Positions 24,769 through 31,862 of a stretch of 42,765 nucleotides of DNA are shown here, in pieces. The position numbers were made by a program, and so were the translations under genes. The stretch spans positions 1-42,765 of the IMG/VR virus record IMGVR_UViG_3300045988_007228; one strand, 5' to 3'. Numbering within the stretch: position 1 is the first letter of the stretch; the number at the start of each line of letters is the position of its first letter. The notes beneath the pieces are model-generated. The model saw only the letters and a program-made list of their open reading frames with translations. It was not told the DNA's origin and made no database searches. The stretch is from a virus.

Positions 24769-25000
24769 GAGGGAAATGCGGCTTTCGGGCAGAAAGTTTT
24801 TCGTTACATTTCTTTACGATTGTATCAGAATTTCGAATAGACAGGTTTCAAAATAATCATAAATTTTTTAAATAAATAAATTGAAATTTTTTGGGCGATT
24901 TGTTAACGTGTTCTTAACACCTATGTGGGATGATAAAGTCCCATGCATGCGGTGGCATGCAAGATCCACTTGGCGAAATAGAAACAAAGGAGGAAATATC

Positions 25001-27286
25001 ATGACAGGTAAAAAACTGCAGCGTCTGCTGGCATGCCTGCTGGCGGTCCTGCTTCTGTCGCAGGTCGGCGCGTTCTCGCCGGCTGTGTTCGCGGCGGATG
25101 ACAGTGGCTACACGCTGCATGACGGTACGGCGATTATCCCGGAGGGAGCGTCCGAAGAAAAAGTAAATCAAATCCTCACGCGGACATTGGTGGCTGGATT
25201 TGATGAGATGAGCAAAGAAGATCAGAATACGCTTCTGAGCACTTGCAAGTGGGAGTATTACTGCAAAGGCGAGACTCCCCTCACGCACAAAACAAAAGAT
25301 GCATGGGTCTCTGTTGGCGGATTCAAAATCAAGGAAGGAATTTCCACATATCACTTCCTTGCTCTGTCTGATGCGAAAACGGAATGCAAAGCATATTCTG
25401 TGCGCCTGACCACTGCCACAGACAAGACAGTACAGTTCACCAAGGCAGCGATGCGCGATTCGTCCATCACGCTCAAGCAGGACGCCAGCGTGAAGCTGCC
25501 GTATAAGGAAGACGGCACGCTGGATTTTGACGCGCTGCGTGCAGCCATTCTTCAGCAGGTCGTGGACGAGGGGACTACCCCGTCTCTGACGACGGAGAAT
25601 ACGGAGATCAAGTACTATGCGACGTCTTCAACGGGATGGACTCAGGAATGGGTGAAACTGGATGGCGATAAGGTCAATCTTGCAACTTACCCCGCCATTT
25701 CTGCGGGTGAGCAGCAGATCCAGATCAGCTTCAAGGGCGACGATACTTACAAGGCTGACACTGTGAAAACGACTGTGAACTTCCTTGACCGCGCGGCAAC
25801 TCCGTTCCAGCTCAAGCAGGGCGTGACCGAAGTCTCGATGGTCTACAACAAGGATCAGAGCATCAACTACGAGGCGACCGCGCAGGCTCTGCGCGAGGCG
25901 CTGCTCGTGAGCGCTGATCCGAACGTCTCCATCAACGACGTGACGGTGGAGTATAACGCCGGCACAGATCTTGCCAAGAATTTCCAGCCGCTCAACTTTG
26001 ACGGTTTTGGCTTCAAGTTCGGCCTGAACGAGCAGACCATCCGCTTCACCTGGCGCGGCAACGCAGACTACAAGGCTTATGCGGAGAATGTCGACGTCAA
26101 GATGATCGACAACCGTGAAGACAGCGCCATTGTGCTCAAGCCGAGCATCTCTCTCATCTACAATAAGGACGCCGCTGCCATGACGCAGCAGATTTTTGAA
26201 TATGTCATTGATTGGGACGATTCCACGCTGCCCGACAAGAGCACGCTGAGCGCGGACGACTTTACGATCGAGTATTACGCAACGGCTAAGGTCGTGGCCG
26301 GTGATCTTGGCGGCGACGTAGGACTCCAAAAGTGGGTTCCGATCGAAGGAGAAGAGGGAATCAGTGTTGGCAAACTCCAGTATTTCTACCCCCAGATGGG
26401 CGCTGGTGAGCAGCAGATCCGCGTGACCTTCAACGGCAGCGAGACCTATCGTCCCAGCGAGGCTGAGGAAGGCTCGCTCACGGTCAAGAAGGCAAATGTC
26501 TCCGTCAAGGTGCACTCGACGAGCATCTACGCCGATGAAGTGCCGGGCGAGGGCTTCGTCACCACCGATCCCGTGGACGATTTTGACATCTTCACGGTCT
26601 ATACCGGCGTGTCCAGCGTGTTCGTGCAGCTGCCCGAGCGCTACACAGACAACGCGTTTATCAAGGCTGTTGATCCTGTGCTCGAAAAAGTCGGTCTGCG
26701 GACGATCCAGGATATCATGGACAAGGGCATCACCGTCGGCGAACTCAAGCAGAATCTGGACAAGATCGCCAATGGCAGCGAGTATGCCGTAGTGCGTGAA
26801 GCGCTCAAGCTGATGGGTGTTGACGTCACTACGCTGCAGCAGATCATCAACGTGTTCAACAAGATCACCCTGCTGGACAATGTCCGCATTGCCCTGCGTA
26901 CGCCGGATCAGGTGGGTATCTACACCGTTTACGCGATCACGAACAACGATAACTACAACACCGGCTTCGGTATGGGTGCACTCGTTGTGAAAAAGCACTA
27001 CTCCGGTGTGAAGCTCGACTGGAATCAGAACTTCACCAACGGCAAGCTCTCCGCTGCGGACGTGAAGAACTTCGACTTCGGTGCGACGCTGAGCTATAAC
27101 GGGGAACAAGTCGAGGATCAGTCCTCTGTGCACTACCTGTACTCCGGCTTCACCAGCAGGTGGCGCCCGTATTCGAGCACCACGACGCCCCCGACTGAGC
27201 CCGGCCGCTATGTTGTGACGGTCGTGACTCTGGGCGGCAACTATCAGGCAGCGCCCATCACGCGCGCTTTCCAGATCACCAAGTAA
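25001..27286 (+). CDS. Secreted 761-aa repeat protein (Ig-like/MBG-like domains); cargo (moron) gene
   Basis: AAGGAGG RBS 6 nt before ATG 25001. Sec signal peptide MTGKKLQRLLACLLAVLLLSQVGAFSPAVFA/AD. About four repeats of roughly 115 aa (GEQQIQISFKGDDTYKAD / GEQQIRVTFNGSETYRPS). Two C-terminal MBG-like ends (GIYTVYAITNNDNYNTGF..., PGRYVVTVVTLGGNYQAAPITRAFQITK). No LPXTG. Confidence 0.8.
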   Translation: MTGKKLQRLLACLLAVLLLSQVGAFSPAVFAADDSGYTLHDGTAIIPEGASEEKVNQILTRTLVAGFDEMSKEDQNTLLSTCKWEYYCKGETPLTHKTKDAWVSVGGFKIKEGISTYHFLALSDAKTECKAYSVRLTTATDKTVQFTKAAMRDSSITLKQDASVKLPYKEDGTLDFDALRAAILQQVVDEGTTPSLTTENTEIKYYATSSTGWTQEWVKLDGDKVNLATYPAISAGEQQIQISFKGDDTYKADTVKTTVNFLDRAATPFQLKQGVTEVSMVYNKDQSINYEATAQALREALLVSADPNVSINDVTVEYNAGTDLAKNFQPLNFDGFGFKFGLNEQTIRFTWRGNADYKAYAENVDVKMIDNREDSAIVLKPSISLIYNKDAAAMTQQIFEYVIDWDDSTLPDKSTLSADDFTIEYYATAKVVAGDLGGDVGLQKWVPIEGEEGISVGKLQYFYPQMGAGEQQIRVTFNGSETYRPSEAEEGSLTVKKANVSVKVHSTSIYADEVPGEGFVTTDPVDDFDIFTVYTGVSSVFVQLPERYTDNAFIKAVDPVLEKVGLRTIQDIMDKGITVGELKQNLDKIANGSEYAVVREALKLMGVDVTTLQQIINVFNKITLLDNVRIALRTPDQVGIYTVYAITNNDNYNTGFGMGALVVKKHYSGVKLDWNQNFTNGKLSAADVKNFDFGATLSYNGEQVEDQSSVHYLYSGFTSRWRPYSSTTTPPTEPGRYVVTVVTLGGNYQAAPITRAFQITK

Positions 27287-27299
27287 TTTTCTCGCGTGT

Positions 27300-27333
27300 G
27301 TCTCCCGGGCTTTTTTGCCCGGGAGACATTTTT
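27300..27333. terminator. Strong terminator hairpin after the secreted-protein gene; also faces the leftward switch transcript
   Basis: Perfect 11-bp stem gtctcccgggc / gcccgggagac, TTTTTT loop, then ATTTTT. Confidence 0.8.
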
Positions 27334-27395
27334 GCGCCGGAGGAGACCGGCCGGAGCGGAAAATGAAAATCGCCGAAAATTTTTTCAAAAATAAC

Positions 27396-27424
27396 TTGAC
27401 AGCAGTCGAATCGTCTGGTATATT
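27396..27424 (+). promoter_or_regulatory. Near-consensus promoter pointing rightward, antisense to the repressor stump
   Basis: TTGACA (27396-27401), 17-nt spacer, TATATT (27419-27424), with an A/T-rich UP-like tract upstream. No ORF with an RBS follows within about 200 nt. Confidence 0.55.
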
Positions 27425-27485
27425 AAACAAGCGCTGAGGCGACGAGGCCGAGAGCGGTCCGGACTGCTTTGATGCGTTCGTTCAT
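27423..27485 (-). pseudogene. 20-codon stump of an XRE-family (CI-like) repressor
   Basis: GGAGTG RBS. MNERIKAVRTALGL matches the usual first helix of XRE/HTH_3 phage repressors (MNERIK.LR.ALGL[ST]Q...), then diverges (VASALV) and stops. Sits divergently from the early promoter. Confidence 0.5.
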
Positions 27486-27506
27486 TCGTATCACTCCTCG
27501 CCTAAG

Positions 27507-27535
27507 AGAATAGCGCAACATTGTGAGAATGTCAA
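27507..27535 (-). promoter_or_regulatory. Leftward switch promoter (drives the repressor stump)
   Basis: On the minus strand: TTGACA (27535-27530), 17-nt spacer, TATTCT (27512-27507). Confidence 0.5.
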
Positions 27536-27539
27536 TGTT
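27517..27539. repeat. Inverted repeat AACATTG-N9-CAATGTT in the switch region (operator candidate, or weak terminator for the 27396 promoter)
   Basis: Arms at 27517-27523 and 27533-27539, followed by a T-run on the + strand. Flanked by direct GCGCAACA / TCGCAACA copies. Confidence 0.6.
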
Positions 27540-27566
27540 TTTTCGCAACAAAAGCACAAAATTCTC

Positions 27567-27595
27567 TTGACATCAGTAACAACGTGACGTATTAT
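27567..27595 (+). promoter_or_regulatory. Early rightward promoter
   Basis: TTGACA (27567-27572), 17-nt spacer, TATTAT (27590-27595). Confidence 0.65.
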
Positions 27596-27662
27596 AGTAA
27601 CGAACTCACAAACAACCGTAACAAAAAGACGATTCGCGTGGAACAGAAAGGAGATGAACAAA

Positions 27663-27803
27663 ATGCTGACGAACAACGAGCAGAAAACCATCGAGCGGTT
27701 GGCGACGGTCATGCAGAGCATGGACGATCTGCAGAAGGCGCAGCTTTGCGCTTTTGCGGAAGGGCTGGCGATGGCGCTGGAGCACAGCAAGCGCGCGTCC
27801 TGA
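27663..27803 (+). CDS. 46-aa early protein, unknown function
   Basis: GGAG 9 nt upstream of the ATG. First ORF after the early promoter. Below the ORF-track size cut-off. Confidence 0.5.
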   Translation: MLTNNEQKTIERLATVMQSMDDLQKAQLCAFAEGLAMALEHSKRAS

Positions 27804-27842
27804 GCGCGCCTGCCTGACACAATATAAAAGGAGGAAGGCACG

Positions 27843-28073
27843 ATGGAGCGAAAGCACACGAAGCGTGCGGCCGTGACGGACGAGGAAGTCGAGGCCGAGA
27901 TTGCCGAGCTGAAGCAGGACGAGTATGTGAAGCTGGCGCAGCGGTACGACCAGTACCGCGCACGGCGGCGGACGTATCTGTACCAGCTGCGGATCAAGCA
28001 GCGCAAGGGCATCGAGCTGGCCGCCAGAGGCGTGACGCTGGAAAATCTCGAGGAAATGGGGGACGAGCCGTGA
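27843..28073 (+). CDS. 76-aa basic, helical early protein, unknown function
   Basis: AAAGGAGGAAGG RBS. Protein-like composition. Confidence 0.6.
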   Translation: MERKHTKRAAVTDEEVEAEIAELKQDEYVKLAQRYDQYRARRRTYLYQLRIKQRKGIELAARGVTLENLEEMGDEP

Positions 28074-28288
28074 CACTGGAAGAACTGGCCGCGAAGCCGT
28101 CGGAGATCCTGACGTGCGCGGACGTGGCCCCGCTGCTGGCCTGCAGCCCGTGGACGCTGCACGAGCAGGCAATGGAAGACCCATACGCGCTTGGCTTCCC
28201 GGTGATCGTCGCAAAGCGGCGAGTGAAGATCCCGAAGCGGGCGTTCATCCGCTTTATGCGCGGAGAAATAGAGGGAGAGAGAACATGA
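28070..28288 (+). CDS. Excisionase-family/MerR-like HTH DNA-binding protein
   Basis: GTG start overlapping the upstream stop (GTGA). ILTCADVAPLLACSPWTL...RRVKIPKRAFIRFMRG fits the HTH_17-type pattern (by eye). Confidence 0.5.
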   Translation: MTLEELAAKPSEILTCADVAPLLACSPWTLHEQAMEDPYALGFPVIVAKRRVKIPKRAFIRFMRGEIEGERT

Positions 28289-28440
28289 AGGTATTCGGAG
28301 ATCCGCGCGCGCGGGCAAAGGCACGCCGCTACATCGTCTGGGGCATCGAGGACGGCATCGTCTGTGCGAGCTTCCTCGGCGGCATCGCGCTGGCCGGATG
28401 GGTGTTCCACGTGATTTTCACGGCACTGGGGGTGGCATGA
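28285..28440 (+). CDS. 51-aa membrane protein
   Basis: ATGA overlaps on both sides. One TM span (IVCASFLGGIALAGWVFHVIFTALGV). Confidence 0.45.
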   Translation: MKVFGDPRARAKARRYIVWGIEDGIVCASFLGGIALAGWVFHVIFTALGVA

Positions 28441-29987
28441 TGCAACACCTCGGCGACATCACGAAAATCGACGGCGCGGCAATCGAGCCGGTGTGGTGCG
28501 TGACGGGCGGAAGCCCGTGTCAGGACCTGAGCATCGCGGGCAAGCGTGCCGGTCTCGTAGGCGCGCGAAGCGGCCTGTTTATGGAACAGATTAGAGTGAT
28601 AAAGGAGATGAGGGCACATGACAAGCAGCTTGGCTGGGCAGGAGAGCTTATTCGCCCCAGATACATGGTCTGGGAAAACGTCCCCGGAGCGCTCAGCAGC
28701 AACAATGGCCGAGACTTTGCGGCCGTGCTCGAAGAAACGATCCGCCTCGTCGAACCGGAAGCCCCCGGTATTGAAGTGCCTGCAAAAGGCTGGCCTACCT
28801 GGGGGGGATACCGGGACGTGGACGGACGATGGAGCGTGGCTTGGCGAGTACACGACGCGCAATACTGGGGAGTGCCCCAACGTCGTCGTAGAATCGCGCT
28901 TGTCGCAGATTTTGGAGGCGACACCGCACACGAAATACTGTTTGAGCGCACGGGCGTGTCAGGGGATCCTGAATCGCGCGGCGAGACGCGGGAAAGACTT
29001 GCCGGATATGCTGAAGCAGGCGCTTCGTATGCAGTCCGAATCAGGGGGGGCTGTGAAGGCGGCGGAAAAGGCGCGCTGATCCAGACGGAGAAATCCGGAA
29101 CGCTTGGGACGGGAAACGACCAGACGATTTTCTGCTATGGAATCTCTGCTTACGAAAGCAACGCCATGAAATCCAGCAATCCGAAAAGCGGTGTGTATGT
29201 GGCGGACACCAGCCGGACGCTTGACCTGAATGGCGGGAATCCGGCTTGCAATCAGGGTGGCATTGCCGTGGTGCAAAGGGCGTATCAGATGCAGGGCTTT
29301 GGCGATTACCGCGAAGCTGACGTCGCCAGCTCCTGCAAACAGCGAGACTACAAGGACAGCACAGATCTGGTTATCGGAATTGACGGAGAATGCAATGCCT
29401 ATATAGAACAATATGGCACACTGCGAGCGCACGCGAGCGGCGGTGCGGAAGAAACGCTTATGCATCGCATGGTCGTGCGGCGTCTGACCCCGCTGGAATG
29501 TGAACGGCTTCAGGGATTTCCGGATGGCTGGACGGACATCGGCGACTATACCGACAGCACCGGCAAAAAGCGCAAGACATCCGACAGCGCACGGTACAAG
29601 GCGCTCGGCAACAGCATCGCGCTTCCGTTCTGGCGATGGATGTTCGGGCGCATGGCGGCCTATCTGCCGGAAGGTGCGACACTCGGCAGCCTGTTTGACG
29701 GCATCGGAGGCTTCCCGCTGTGCTGGGAAGACGTGCACGGCGCTGGAACGGCAGTATGGGCAAGCGAGATCGAAGAGTTCCCGATCGCCGTGACCAAGAA
29801 AAGATTTGGAAGTGAAAACATGATTCACTACACGTTGAATATTGAACCGCCGATTGAACCTCCGGCCTACACCTGCCCGATTTGCCCGGTGTGCGGTGCG
29901 GAGACGGACACGGTGTACAAGAACGTTTATGGCGATCCGGTTGGTTGCCCAGGATGTGTCACGGAGGTGGACGCATGGGCGGAATGA
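28437..29987 (+). CDS. DNA (cytosine-5)-methyltransferase with circularly permuted motif order and a C-terminal zinc ribbon
   Basis: Motif IV GGSPCQDLS (PCQ at 28515-28523). Motif VI ENVPG (from 28674). Motif VIII QRRRR (28878-28892). Motif IX RRLTPLECERLQGFPDGWT. Motif X YKALGNSIALP (GNS at 29607-29615). Only then motif I LFDGIGGF (29694-29714) and motif II SEIEEF (29763-29780). Tail is CPICPVC...CPGC. Confidence 0.85.
   Translation: MMQHLGDITKIDGAAIEPVWCVTGGSPCQDLSIAGKRAGLVGARSGLFMEQIRVIKEMRAHDKQLGWAGELIRPRYMVWENVPGALSSNNGRDFAAVLEETIRLVEPEAPGIEVPAKGWPTWGGYRDVDGRWSVAWRVHDAQYWGVPQRRRRIALVADFGGDTAHEILFERTGVSGDPESRGETRERLAGYAEAGASYAVRIRGGCEGGGKGALIQTEKSGTLGTGNDQTIFCYGISAYESNAMKSSNPKSGVYVADTSRTLDLNGGNPACNQGGIAVVQRAYQMQGFGDYREADVASSCKQRDYKDSTDLVIGIDGECNAYIEQYGTLRAHASGGAEETLMHRMVVRRLTPLECERLQGFPDGWTDIGDYTDSTGKKRKTSDSARYKALGNSIALPFWRWMFGRMAAYLPEGATLGSLFDGIGGFPLCWEDVHGAGTAVWASEIEEFPIAVTKKRFGSENMIHYTLNIEPPIEPPAYTCPICPVCGAETDTVYKNVYGDPVGCPGCVTEVDAWAE
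28618..29079 (+). other. 153-codon alternative-frame ORF inside the methyltransferase gene (candidate overlapping ORF; unproven)
   Basis: AAGGAG 10 nt upstream of ATG 28618. Non-junk amino-acid composition. G7 tracts at 28801-28807 and 29044-29050. Confidence 0.25.
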
Positions 29988-30271
29988 CGGACACCTACAT
30001 CAAAGGCGGGATGCTGCAAAGCCATCACTGCGACGGCTGCGCGCACTACCGGCCGCTGTACGAATCCACGCCGAAGACAAGCCCGAGGGTGTGCCTATAC
30101 ATTTTAAATTTTAAGCGCTCGCGCGGATGCCCGGCCGGAGCCGGATGCCCGCACCGGATCACGCCGGAGGACTGGGCGAAAGAAAAAAGCGGCATGGAAG
30201 CCATGCGCGCCCGGATGCGCAGCAGCCGGGGCGGGGCGAAAAACCGCGGGAGAAAGAAGGAAAGCACATGA
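29975..30271 (+). CDS. Small Cys-rich protein (about 98 aa), unknown function
   Basis: Start overlaps the methyltransferase stop. HHCDGCAHY...CLY...RGCPAGAGCPH cysteine/histidine pattern. Basic tail. Confidence 0.5.
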   Translation: MGGMTDTYIKGGMLQSHHCDGCAHYRPLYESTPKTSPRVCLYILNFKRSRGCPAGAGCPHRITPEDWAKEKSGMEAMRARMRSSRGGAKNRGRKKEST

Positions 30272-31203
30272 TCACGAAGACGACGACCGTCGGCATGACG
30301 GAGGAACAATGGCACGCCGAGCGGCGCAAGAGCATCGGCGGCAGCGACGCCGGGACGATCCTGGGGCTGAACAAATACAGCTCGCCCTATGCGCTGTGGG
30401 CCGAGAAGACCGGGCGCGTGACGCCGGAGGACATCAGCGACCGCGAGGCGGTGCGGCTGGGACACGATCTGGAGGACTATGTGGCAAAGCGTTTCGCCGA
30501 GGCGACCGGAAAGCGGGTGCGGCGGGAAAACCACTTTCTCGTCAACAGCGACTATCCCTTCGCGCACGCGCTGCCGGACCGCATGGTGATTGGCGAGGAT
30601 GCCGGGCTGGAATGCAAGACGACGTCCAGCTTCGAGATTCCGAAGCAGTGCGCAGAGGGCGAATTTCCGGCGGTGTGGTACTGCCAGATCATGCACTACA
30701 TGATGGTGACGGGCGCGCCGGTATGGTATCTCGCGGTGCTGTGCTTCGGGCGTGGATTTTACTGGTTTCGCGTGGAGCGCGACGAGGGCGAAATTTCGGC
30801 TCTGGCGGCTGCCGAGCAGGAGTTTTGGGATTATGTACGGAGCGGGACAGAACCGCCTGTGGACGGAACGGACGCGACAGCGGAGGCGCTGCGCACGATC
30901 TACCCCGACAGCAGGGACGGCGAGACGTGCGACCTTGGCGCGGTGCAGTCCGCAGTGCGCAGCTACACGGCGCTGGGCGAGCAGATCGATGAGCTCAAGC
31001 GGCTGCAGGCGGAGCAGGCGGCGGCTATCCAGCAGTTTATGGGCACGGCGGAAAAGGGACTGTGCGGCGACGTTTCGATCACGTGGAAGACGCAGCAGCG
31101 CAGCACCTTCGACCGCAAGAAATGGGAAGCGGCGCACGGTGCGATCCCAAAGGAATACTTCAAGACGTCGCAGGCGCGGCCGTTCCGGGTGACGAGCCGA
31201 TGA
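30268..31203 (+). CDS. YqaJ-type (lambda Exo-like, PD-(D/E)XK) recombination exonuclease
   Basis: EEQWHAERRKSIGGSDAGTILGLNKYSSPYALWAEKTG... and ...GLECKTT... are typical YqaJ motifs. ATGA coupling. Sits upstream of recT. Confidence 0.8.
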   Translation: MITKTTTVGMTEEQWHAERRKSIGGSDAGTILGLNKYSSPYALWAEKTGRVTPEDISDREAVRLGHDLEDYVAKRFAEATGKRVRRENHFLVNSDYPFAHALPDRMVIGEDAGLECKTTSSFEIPKQCAEGEFPAVWYCQIMHYMMVTGAPVWYLAVLCFGRGFYWFRVERDEGEISALAAAEQEFWDYVRSGTEPPVDGTDATAEALRTIYPDSRDGETCDLGAVQSAVRSYTALGEQIDELKRLQAEQAAAIQQFMGTAEKGLCGDVSITWKTQQRSTFDRKKWEAAHGAIPKEYFKTSQARPFRVTSR

Positions 31204-31388
31204 CGCCGTCGACACCATGCAGGGACTGTCCGGGAAGATATCCCGGCTGCCACGCGAAATGCGGACACTACGCCGAATTCCGGCGCGGAATGGACGCGGC
31301 AAGGCTCGCGCGGCAGCGCGACAGCAACGTCATGCGCTACGTCCGGGACAGCCACGAAAAACGCGCACACACGAAAAAACAACCTTGA
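31200..31388 (+). CDS. 62-aa zinc-finger-like protein
   Basis: ATGA overlap. CRDCPGRYPGCHAKCGHY motif. Confidence 0.5.
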   Translation: MTPSTPCRDCPGRYPGCHAKCGHYAEFRRGMDAARLARQRDSNVMRYVRDSHEKRAHTKKQP

Positions 31389-31404
31389 AAAGGAGAAGAA
31401 GAAA

Positions 31405-31860
31405 ATGGGATACTCCCCGAACATGATGAACATCGACCCCGAGCGGCTGCGAAACTTCGCGGCGAAGAACGGCGGCCTCAAGCATATCTCGCTCCAGCTC
31501 GGCTACAGTAGGAACTATCTTTCAAATGTGGCGGACTATGGGCGGATGCGCTTGTCCGTGGCCAGGCAGCTGAGCGCCATGTACGGCGTACCGGAGGATT
31601 TCTTCCGGGCACGGGAGCCGGAAAAGCCGAAGGCGGCTGCGCCGCAGGCGGGACAGACGGGATACGCACTGCGGCTGCAGGCGACGGACAAGCAGGTATT
31701 CCTGCTGCTGGAGCACGACGGCGAGAAGGTCGGCAGCGCATACTCGAAGCGCAAAGACAGCAGCGAGCTGGCGCTGACGCAGGCGATCAGCTACGCGGCA
31801 CACATGATCTACAAATTCTGCGAGCAGAAGACGCTGCAGGAATCTATGGAGGGTAAGTAA
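31405..31860 (+). CDS. HTH-like DNA-binding protein (151 aa)
   Basis: AAGGAGAAG RBS. N-terminal segment ISLQLGYSRNYLSNVADYGRMRLSVARQLSAMYGV resembles an XRE-like HTH. Confidence 0.5.
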   Translation: MGYSPNMMNIDPERLRNFAAKNGGLKHISLQLGYSRNYLSNVADYGRMRLSVARQLSAMYGVPEDFFRAREPEKPKAAAPQAGQTGYALRLQATDKQVFLLLEHDGEKVGSAYSKRKDSSELALTQAISYAAHMIYKFCEQKTLQESMEGK

Positions 31861-31862
31861 AC

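Noticed and set aside
24881-25000. The upstream TTG start given by the ORF track for the secreted-protein gene (801 aa).
   Set aside because: It has no RBS, and the extra 40 residues precede a textbook signal peptide. ATG 25001 has AAGGAGG at ideal spacing.
25001-25110. A lipoprotein signal (LLAC) in the secreted protein.
   Set aside because: The Cys lies only 12 residues in, before the hydrophobic core, and the -2 residue is Leu. A downstream VFA/AD signal peptidase I site fits better.
27423-27485. Reading the 20-aa peptide and its antisense transcript as a type I toxin-antitoxin pair.
   Set aside because: The hydrophobic tail is only about 11 residues, too short for a membrane-spanning toxin. 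The N-terminus matches the start of XRE repressors, so a gene remnant is more parsimonious. This remains untested.
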